From positions 160,001-224,000 of the forward strand of contig CAWFCQ010000008.1 in the NCBI GenBank assembly GCA_963814375.1: a stretch of DNA of 64,000 nt, written 5' to 3'. Shown piece by piece: positions 57,220-64,000 of this stretch. A program made the translations under genes and the position numbers. Source of the DNA: an uncultured Chloroflexia bacterium. Its GTDB lineage: Bacteria > Chloroflexota > Limnocylindria > QHBO01. Positions within the stretch are counted from its first letter, which is position 1; the number at the start of each line of letters is the position of its first letter. The notes beneath the pieces were generated by a model. It saw only the letters and a list, made by a program, of their open reading frames with translations, was not told the DNA's origin and searched no databases.

Positions 57220-58818
57220 GTGTTCTGGGCTGACGAGCTCGCGACGTCGGCCACCGGTCCCCAGGTCGTCAACGACTCGAAGACGCCCTCGGGGACCGTC
57301 CATGTCGGCAGCCTGCGCGGTCCGGTGGTGGTCGACACCATCGCACGCGCGCTCCGCGACGCCGGAGTTCCGGTCGAGCTGCGCTACGGCGTCGACGATC
57401 TCGACCCGATGGACGCCCAGGCGCTCCTCACCCCCGATGCCATCGAGCGGTCGATGGGGGTGCCGCTGTCCCGCGTGCAGGATCCAGCCGGCGACTGCCA
57501 CGCGTCGTACGCCCGGCACTTCGCGCAGGTCTTCATCGACACCTTCGACGGGCTCGGCATCCGCCCGGACACCTATTACTGGATGAGCGAGGTCTACGGC
57601 TCGGGCGCCATGGACCGATACATCCGCACCGCGCTCGACGCCGCCCCGGTGATCCGCGACATCTACCGCCGGGTGGCGAACGTCAACCACCCCGACGAGT
57701 GGCACCCGCTGTTCGTCATCTGCGAGAGCTGCGGCCGCATCGGCACGACGATCGTCACCGGCTGGGACGGCGAGCGCGTCCGCTACGAGTGTCGCGCCGA
57801 TCTCGTGCAGTGGGCGACCGGCTGCGGGCACGCCGGCGAGGTCTCGCCGTTCGGCGGGCGCGCCAAGCTTCCCTACAACGTCGACTGGGCCGCCAAGTGG
57901 GACCTCTTCGGCGTCACGATCGAGCCCGCCGGCAAGGACCTCTCGACCAAGGGTGGCTCCCGGGACCGATCCGACGCAATTGCACGCGAGGTGTTCGGCA
58001 ACGAGCCGCCGCGCAACGTGCCGTACGAGTTCCTCAACATCGGCGGCAAGAAGATGTCGACCTCGAAGGGCCTCGGGGCGTCGGCGGCGCGCGTCGCCGA
58101 GGTGATTCCGCCCGAGCAGCTGCGTCTGCTCTTCCTGCGTCCGAAGCCCAACACGGCGATCGAGTTCGACCCCGACGGCACCGATGCCATCCCGCGCCTC
58201 TTTGACGAGTCGGACCGGCTCGCCGGCGCGACCGCGGGACGGGAGGTGCGCGGCGAGCTGCCGGCCGACCACGAGCGGCTCTTCGCACTCAGCCTGGTGG
58301 AGCCCGATGCCGATGTCGCCTCGGAGGCCGGCGCCTACCGGCCCGCGTTCAGCCACCTGGCCCTGCTCGACCAGATTCCGGGGATCGACGTCGGCGAGCG
58401 CGTGGCAGCCGAGAAGGGCTCGGCACTGACGGAGCGGGAGACCGAGATTCTCGGCGAGCGCCGCGCGGCGGCACGCTCCTGGCTCGAGACGTACGCGCCG
58501 GAGCGGGCGCGGCTCGCCGTGCAACGTGATGCCCTGCCCGCCGAGGCGGCGGACGCCGACGGTGCCCAGCGGAGCTATCTCGGCGCGCTGGCCGAGGCGC
58601 TCCAGGACGTCGAGTGGAACGGGGAGTCGCTCCAGGCCGCGATCTTCGCCACGGCGACCGAGCGCGACCTGCCGGCCGGCCGAGCCTTCGCGGCGATCTA
58701 CCTTGCGTTCCTCGGCCGCCCGTCTGGGCCGCGCGCCGGCTGGCTGCTTGCGGCGCTCGACCGCGACTTCGTCATCGGCCGCCTCCACGAGGCCGGCGGG
58801 GTCGGGGTGCGGCCATGA
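57220..58818 (+). CDS. lysS: class I lysyl-tRNA synthetase
   Basis: TPSGTVHVGS (HIGH), CESCG, VDWAAKW, EPAGKD, KMSTSKG, GPRAG anticodon-domain motif. Confidence 0.95.
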   Translation: MFWADELATSATGPQVVNDSKTPSGTVHVGSLRGPVVVDTIARALRDAGVPVELRYGVDDLDPMDAQALLTPDAIERSMGVPLSRVQDPAGDCHASYARHFAQVFIDTFDGLGIRPDTYYWMSEVYGSGAMDRYIRTALDAAPVIRDIYRRVANVNHPDEWHPLFVICESCGRIGTTIVTGWDGERVRYECRADLVQWATGCGHAGEVSPFGGRAKLPYNVDWAAKWDLFGVTIEPAGKDLSTKGGSRDRSDAIAREVFGNEPPRNVPYEFLNIGGKKMSTSKGLGASAARVAEVIPPEQLRLLFLRPKPNTAIEFDPDGTDAIPRLFDESDRLAGATAGREVRGELPADHERLFALSLVEPDADVASEAGAYRPAFSHLALLDQIPGIDVGERVAAEKGSALTERETEILGERRAAARSWLETYAPERARLAVQRDALPAEAADADGAQRSYLGALAEALQDVEWNGESLQAAIFATATERDLPAGRAFAAIYLAFLGRPSGPRAGWLLAALDRDFVIGRLHEAGGVGVRP

Positions 58819-60110
58819 GCGTCGGGCTGCAGCGGCTGCGTGACGACAACGATCGGTTGAGGCTGGCCGCCGGCGACAAGGGCGAGGACCCGACGATCGT
58901 CGACCGTGCGCTCGAGCTCGACGAGCGGCGTCGCGCGCTCGTGGCCGAGGGAGACTCGCTCAAGGCCGAACGCAACGAGGCGAGCCGGCGCATCGGCGAG
59001 GCGGTCCGCGGCGGCGCCGATGCCAGCGGGCCGGAGGTGGCGGAGCTCAAGCAGGCATCGGCCGCCGTGGCTGATCGAATCGCGGCGATCGACGCGGAGC
59101 TCGAGCGGGTCCAGGCCGATCTCGATGACGCGATGCTGCGGATCCCGAACCCGGCTGACCCGGATGTGCCGGTCGGCGGCGAGGAGGCGAACCAGGTCGT
59201 GCGGACCTGGGGCGAGCCACTGCCGCGCGGGGATCTGCGCCCGCACTGGGAGATCGGCGAGTCGCTCGGGATCATCGACAACGCCCGCGGCGCGAAGGTC
59301 ACCGGCTCCGGCTGGCCGGTATACGTCGGCGACGGCGCCACTCTCCAGCGGGCCCTCATCGGCTGGTTCCTGGACACCCATTCGCGCGAGAACGGGATGA
59401 CCGAGGTGTGGCCGCCGGTGCTCGTCAACGCCGACAGCGCCCGCGGAACGGGGCAGATCCCGGACAAGGAGGACCAGATGTACGTCGCCACGCGCGACGA
59501 CCTCTACCTGGTTCCGACCGCGGAGGTGCCCGTCACGAACCTCCACCGCGACGAGATCTTCGAGGCCGATGCGCTGCCGCGACGCTACGCGGCCTACTCG
59601 GCATCGTTCCGCCGCGAGGCCGGCGCCGCCGGCCGCGACACGCGCGGGATCCTGCGGGTCCACCAGTTCGACAAGGTCGAGATGGTCAGCTTCACGCGCC
59701 CGGAGCACTCGGCCGATGAGCTGGAGTGGCTGACCGGCTGCGCCGAGAGGCTCCTTCAGCGGCTCGGGCTCGCCTACCGGGTCGTGCTGATGAGCACGCG
59801 AGAGATGGGCTTCGTGCAGGCCAAGAAGTACGACCTCGAGGTCTGGGCGCCGGGGGCCGAGCGCTGGCTCGAGGTGAGCAGCGTCAGCAACTTCCGTGAC
59901 TACCAGGCGCGCCGCATGGCGATTCGCTACCGATCCGGGGCGGGCGCCCGGGCTGACCTGGTCCACACCCTCAACGGCTCGGGTCTCGCCCTGCCGCGCA
60001 CGGTTGCCGCGCTGCTCGAGACCTACCAGCAGCCGGACGGCAGCGTGACCCTGCCCGAGGTGCTGCGCCCGGCGTTTGGCGGCCGCGATCGGATCGCTGC
60101 CACCGCCTGA
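58815..60110 (+). CDS. serS: seryl-tRNA synthetase
   Basis: N-terminal coiled coil, LVPTAEVP, FRREAG, RVHQFDKVE, EVSSVSN, HTLNGSGLA. Confidence 0.97.
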   Translation: MSVGLQRLRDDNDRLRLAAGDKGEDPTIVDRALELDERRRALVAEGDSLKAERNEASRRIGEAVRGGADASGPEVAELKQASAAVADRIAAIDAELERVQADLDDAMLRIPNPADPDVPVGGEEANQVVRTWGEPLPRGDLRPHWEIGESLGIIDNARGAKVTGSGWPVYVGDGATLQRALIGWFLDTHSRENGMTEVWPPVLVNADSARGTGQIPDKEDQMYVATRDDLYLVPTAEVPVTNLHRDEIFEADALPRRYAAYSASFRREAGAAGRDTRGILRVHQFDKVEMVSFTRPEHSADELEWLTGCAERLLQRLGLAYRVVLMSTREMGFVQAKKYDLEVWAPGAERWLEVSSVSNFRDYQARRMAIRYRSGAGARADLVHTLNGSGLALPRTVAALLETYQQPDGSVTLPEVLRPAFGGRDRIAATA

Positions 60111-60870
60111 TCAGGGTTGCGCTTCCGGCGGCTCGCAGGTGAACTCGATCGTCCCCGCTACGTCGATGGGGTCTGCCTGGCCGAAGCCGGTCTCGTAGGC
60201 CTCGTTGCGCACGAGGCCAGCGAACTCGACGCTGCCCGTCAGGCCATCGGTGCTCGCCGTGACCGTGCTCGACGGGTCGCTGACCATGACGACCTCGGTC
60301 GGGCTCCCGTCCTCGGCGATCGGGCCGGTGTTGCCCAGCAGGACCCACACCTCGTGGTCATCGTCACGCGGGTACGTCGCGTCCCACAGGTCACCCGTCG
60401 CGAATGAGATGTGGGCGATGACCCAGTCTCCCAGGTCGATGCCCCGGCCGGAGTCGATCGACACCTGGAGGTTTTCTCCGCCGCTCGTCGATGAGCAGGT
60501 CACGTCATGCGTCGACTCTGACGCCTGCGGGCTGGTGAGCACCACGGTCATGGAGCCCGCGCTCGGAACTGGAAGCTCACGCGCCGGGCCCGAGCACCTG
60601 GCCGACGATCAGCCCGATGGCGATCGCCCCTACGACCGCACCGATCGACCGGGACAGCGGGCGCGGAATCAGCAGGGCAACCACCGCGATGATGCCGAGG
60701 CCGATGGCGGCGATCGTGATGACGATGGCGTTGTACGGCTGCCACAGCTCCCAGTCGAGCCAGGCGCCGACGACGGCTGCGATCGCCGCGACAACGAGCA
60801 GGCCGCCGATCCACCACCAGCGCAGCCGGCGGCTCGGAGCCATCTCGGGCGTGATCTCTGGTGCGGTCAT
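60111..60870 (-). CDS. hypothetical membrane protein (3 TM + extracytoplasmic domain); probable frameshift near 60585
   Basis: AGGAGG SD before ATG 60870. TM part (60577-60870) appears to continue ...GP-ARELPVPSAGSMTVVL into ORF 60111-60551. Confidence 0.55.
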
Positions 60871-60966
60871 GGTTGACGGTGTGCCTCCTGCTCGGTGGAG
60901 CCCGTCCATTGGCGCCGCGGATCATACGGGGTCCGGCGCTCGCCTGGGGCTTCCCTTCCGCGGAGG

Positions 60967-61425
60967 TCAGTGGTGCCCGTGGATGACGGCGTGGCCCCGG
61001 CCGCGCGAGATGAGCCAGCGGTTGACCGGGAAGGCAACGACCCAGGCGATGGCGAGCGCGACCGCCAGGCTGCCCCAGAAGAGGAGGCTGTCGAGGTGGG
61101 CATCCATGGCGCCCGGGATGACGAGCATGATCGCGTTGTCGACGAGCTCCATGATCGCGATCGAGATCGTGTCGGCCACGAGCGCGAGTCCCATGGCCCG
61201 GCCCAGCGCCATCCCGGAGGCGATCAGCGGCCAGACGGTGAGGCTGTACCCGAAGACGAAGGCGAGACCGATGGCGAGGACGATCGTCGCCGCCGTGCTC
61301 CAGCCCAACGCCGTGCCGATCACCATTCCGGCCACCTCGCCGATGGCGCATCCCGTCAGGCAGTGCGTGGTGGCCCTGGCCGCAAGCCGGTTGAGCGACT
61401 CGCCCGCTCGCCCCGCGTGGTCCAC
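60967..61425 (-). CDS. DUF4396 family membrane protein
   Basis: ATTHCLTGCAIGE, DTISIAIMELVDN, FPVNRWLISRGRGH, His-rich end. Confidence 0.85.
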   Translation of the reverse strand: MDHAGRAGESLNRLAARATTHCLTGCAIGEVAGMVIGTALGWSTAATIVLAIGLAFVFGYSLTVWPLIASGMALGRAMGLALVADTISIAIMELVDNAIMLVIPGAMDAHLDSLLFWGSLAVALAIAWVVAFPVNRWLISRGRGHAVIHGHH

Positions 61426-61427
61426 GA

Positions 61428-62633
61428 TCAGGCGGTCGTGGCGGGAGCCTCCGCGACCTCGGGCGGAAGTTCCTCGATCGCCGGCGGGGTAGCCGGACGG
61501 AGCCCGAACAGCGTCCGCATCGGTCCTACCCGTCGGACCGCGTACTCGTACAGCAACCAGGTGGCGCCGAACGACCCGGCGACGATGGCGATGTGCTTGA
61601 CCCACATCCCGACCGGCCACGTCACCGCCACGACGGCGATCGCCACCACGATCGGGTGGTGCAGCACGTAGAAGGGCAGCACCGCGTCGCTCGCATAGTC
61701 CAGCGCGGCGGTCCGCCGCGTCAGGTAGCGAATCGCGAAGCCGAGGACGGCCATCACCCACAACGTCGTTGCGGCGGATCGAACGACGAGGTACGCGACG
61801 CCCTCGGGCGTGATGGCCAGCACCCGCTCGAACTCCCACAACCGATCCATGGCGACGAACGGCACGAGGCCGATCGATGCCGCGATGGCACCGGCCATCA
61901 GCAACCAGCGCCGCCTGGTCAGCGCCTCGCCGAATCGATCGTCTGCAACCAGCATCGCACCGGCGATCACGAATCCGAGACCCAGGATGAAGTCCGCCCA
62001 GTCATACAGCTGCGGGAAGAACGGCCGCAGCGCGAGCTGTGCGACGACCAACGCAGCCAGCAGGCCGACCGTCCCAAGCACCCGCCCGCCCGGCGTAGCC
62101 ATGCGTCCAATCAGGCGGCGGCCCGGCTCGGATCGGAGCCACACCAGCGCCGGGAGGGAGAGGATCCCGTACAGGAAGAGGAAGCCGATGAACCAGAGGT
62201 GATAGCCGTAGACCCCGAGCCAGCTCGGGCCGGTCGGGATCGGCAGTGCGGCGAACCACCCGGGGACGAAGCCCGCCAGCGACTCCTGCGAGCCGCCATT
62301 GACGGCGGCCAGCCAGGCCTGGAGCGGGCTGATGAGGAGGAAGCCGAGGACGATCGGGGGGAGCAGGCGCTGGACGCGCTGCATCGCGAACGCGCGGGCA
62401 GGGCGCGTCTCGAGCGCGAACCATGCCGCTGCACCGGAGAGCATGAACAGCAGCGGGAGACCGAAGAGATAGCCGAAGCCGGCGAACGCGCTCAGCGCCA
62501 GGCTGCGCTCGTCATCCTGGATCAGCCAGCCGGCGATGGTGAAGACCTGGGCGGTGTGGTAGTAGCACACGCCGATGACGAGGATCACCTTCAGCCAGTC
62601 GATCCAGGGCAGATGCTCGCTCGGGCGTGCCAT
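61428..62633 (-). CDS. acyltransferase 3 family (OpgC/MdoC-like) membrane protein
   Basis: WIDWLKV...YYH, PLLFMLSG, RVQRLLPP, YHLWFI, PFYVLHHP. Confidence 0.88.
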   Translation of the reverse strand: MARPSEHLPWIDWLKVILVIGVCYYHTAQVFTIAGWLIQDDERSLALSAFAGFGYLFGLPLLFMLSGAAAWFALETRPARAFAMQRVQRLLPPIVLGFLLISPLQAWLAAVNGGSQESLAGFVPGWFAALPIPTGPSWLGVYGYHLWFIGFLFLYGILSLPALVWLRSEPGRRLIGRMATPGGRVLGTVGLLAALVVAQLALRPFFPQLYDWADFILGLGFVIAGAMLVADDRFGEALTRRRWLLMAGAIAASIGLVPFVAMDRLWEFERVLAITPEGVAYLVVRSAATTLWVMAVLGFAIRYLTRRTAALDYASDAVLPFYVLHHPIVVAIAVVAVTWPVGMWVKHIAIVAGSFGATWLLYEYAVRRVGPMRTLFGLRPATPPAIEELPPEVAEAPATTA

Positions 62634-62723
62634 CGGCGCGGATCATGCTCCGCTCCACCGCTTGCCCGCAAGGTTTCTTTGCACCGGGCTGCCGGACGAC
62701 CTTGCTACTCTGGAGACCGCCGC

Positions 62724-62813
62724 GGAGGGGTGGCAGAGCGGACGAATGCGCCGGTCTTGAAAACCGGAGTGGGTGCAAGCCCACCGTGGGTTCGAATCCC
62801 ACCCCCTCCGCCA
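62724..62813 (+). tRNA. tRNA-Ser (anticodon TGA)
   Basis: GGAGGGG/CCCCTCC acceptor stem, discriminator G + CCA, anticodon arm CCGGT-CTTGAAA-ACCGG, long variable arm, GGTTCGAATCC T-loop. Confidence 0.97.
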
Positions 62814-62826
62814 CGGCCGATGAGGG

Positions 62827-63018
62827 TCAGAAGCGGTCGCAGGTGCAGGCGGCCGTGCGTCGGGCAGTTGGCTTCCACCAGTGATCGGGGCAGCCGCCGA
62901 CGATCGATCGCATCATGGCGCGCCGCTCCCACCAGCCCGCGGCGGTGCGGCGCGCACCGCCCTCGATCACTCTCAGGGTCACCGTCGTGGCTGGCATGGC
63001 CATCGCGTTCATGGTCAT
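62827..63018 (-). CDS. small hypothetical protein (63 aa) with C-terminal Cys/His cluster
   Basis: GGAGAAG SD; MTMNAMAMPATTVTLRVIEGG...GGCPDHWWKP...ACTCDRF*. Confidence 0.45.
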   Translation of the reverse strand: MTMNAMAMPATTVTLRVIEGGARRTAAGWWERRAMMRSIVGGCPDHWWKPTARRTAACTCDRF

Positions 63019-63137
63019 CGGTCTTCTCCCATCCATCGGTCGATTGGTCAATGGAGCCGATGGTGGCGGCGGGGCGCGCCCTGGTCGTCCGACGCAGGAC
63101 GGTCGGCGCACCGGACATCCGCACGCGAAGCGCTACG

Positions 63138-63719
63138 TCATTCGACGAGCCCGGGCACCTCGTGGTGGAGCCGGCACCGCGCCTCGTAGGTCTCGTCGCC
63201 CATCCCGCCGATCACGATCAGCGGTGAGTCCGCGCCCGCGGGCACGCCGTCGATCAGCCGCTGCGTCCGCGTCGCCGGCTCGCCGCACACCACGCAGATG
63301 GCGGTCAGCTTGGTCACCTGGTCGGCCAGCGCCAGCAGACGGGGCATGGCGCCGAACGGGATGCCGCGGAAGTCGCGATCGAGCCCGGTGACGACGACCT
63401 GCTTTCCGAGCTCGGCCAGCCGCTCGACGACGTCGGGAAGGCCGTCGTCGAAGAACTGGCCCTCCTCGATCGCCACGATGTCGGCCTCGGACACCGATGC
63501 CTCGATCTCCGAGGAGTGGTCCACGGTGACCGCCTGGTGCTGGGCGCCCGAGCGGGAGACGACGGTGGCCGCATCGGTGCGTGTGTCGAGGCGCGGCTTG
63601 ACGAGGATGACCCGCCGGCCGGCGATCGAGAAGCGGCGCAGCAGCCGCAGCATCTCGTCCGTCTTCCCGCAGAACATGCAGCCCGCGATGACGTGGACCC
63701 AGCCGTGCGTATAGAACAT
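63138..63719 (-). CDS. tdk: thymidine kinase
   Basis: GCMFCGKT, IEEGQFF, GLDRDFRGIPFG, KLTAICVVCG, YEARCRLH. Confidence 0.96.
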   Translation of the reverse strand: MFYTHGWVHVIAGCMFCGKTDEMLRLLRRFSIAGRRVILVKPRLDTRTDAATVVSRSGAQHQAVTVDHSSEIEASVSEADIVAIEEGQFFDDGLPDVVERLAELGKQVVVTGLDRDFRGIPFGAMPRLLALADQVTKLTAICVVCGEPATRTQRLIDGVPAGADSPLIVIGGMGDETYEARCRLHHEVPGLVE

Positions 63720-64000
63720 CAGGCGTCGAGCGGCGCGACGACGACCGGATCGCTGGTTGGTGCTGCCACGCGCTCCGACTCGACCGTCACCGCGAAGGTG
63801 GTCGAGTCACCGAGGGACTGCTCGAGCGTCACGAGAGCCACGCCATCGGTGTCGGTGATCGTGCCGACCGCGGTCGGCGTGCCGTCCGGCCCGATGAGCC
63901 ACAGCTCATAGAGCTGCCCGCCGGAGAGCTCGGCAAGGTCCTCGGCCATGAACATGGCGTCGTCGCCGCTCTCGATGACCCAGCCGGAGCCGGCGGTGCC
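63719..64000 (-). CDS. anti-sigma-K factor RskA-like protein, C-terminal part (5' truncated)
   Basis: GQLYELWLIGPDGTP...FAVTVE...APTSDPV. Confidence 0.8.
   Translation of the reverse strand, partial: GTAGSGWVIESGDDAMFMAEDLAELSGGQLYELWLIGPDGTPTAVGTITDTDGVALVTLEQSLGDSTTFAVTVESERVAAPTSDPVVVAPLDA

Noticed and set aside
62724-62830. tRNA-Ser as an integration site or genomic island boundary
   Set aside because: No integrase, no duplicated tRNA 3' end seen, and flanking genes (tdk) are housekeeping with unchanged composition.

Overview
About 70% GC bacterial chromosomal segment with ~65 CDS and one tRNA-Ser(UGA). It is densely coding, and I see no transposases, integrases, prophage genes or canonical CRISPR array. 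Gene content suggests Chloroflexota, possibly a Limnocylindria/Ellin6529-type lineage (inference only). Mostly housekeeping and metabolic: MshC/CysRS-like ligase, osmoprotectant ABC transporter, a split B12-dependent acyl-CoA mutase (isobutyryl-CoA mutase signature) with MeaB and beta-oxidation genes, folE/PCD, coaX-coaBC-panC, ndk, lepB, rpoN, H+-PPase, uppP, greA, class I LysRS, serS and tdk. About ten frame breaks in eight otherwise intact genes look like assembly indels. Most notable: (i) a full-length glutamate dehydrogenase paralogue missing its catalytic and substrate lysines, 26 kb from an intact copy; (ii) a full-length PanC homologue with five active-site substitutions, coupled to coaBC; (iii) a candidate ~90-nt promoter- and terminator-bounded small RNA downstream of it; (iv) a greA leader attenuator; (v) a sigma-54 with a Cys4 insertion plus a candidate -24/-12 promoter; (vi) an IDR-RHH-linker-winged-helix protein resembling a nucleoid organiser; (vii) widespread leaderless gene architecture; (viii) a degenerate 4-copy intergenic repeat.
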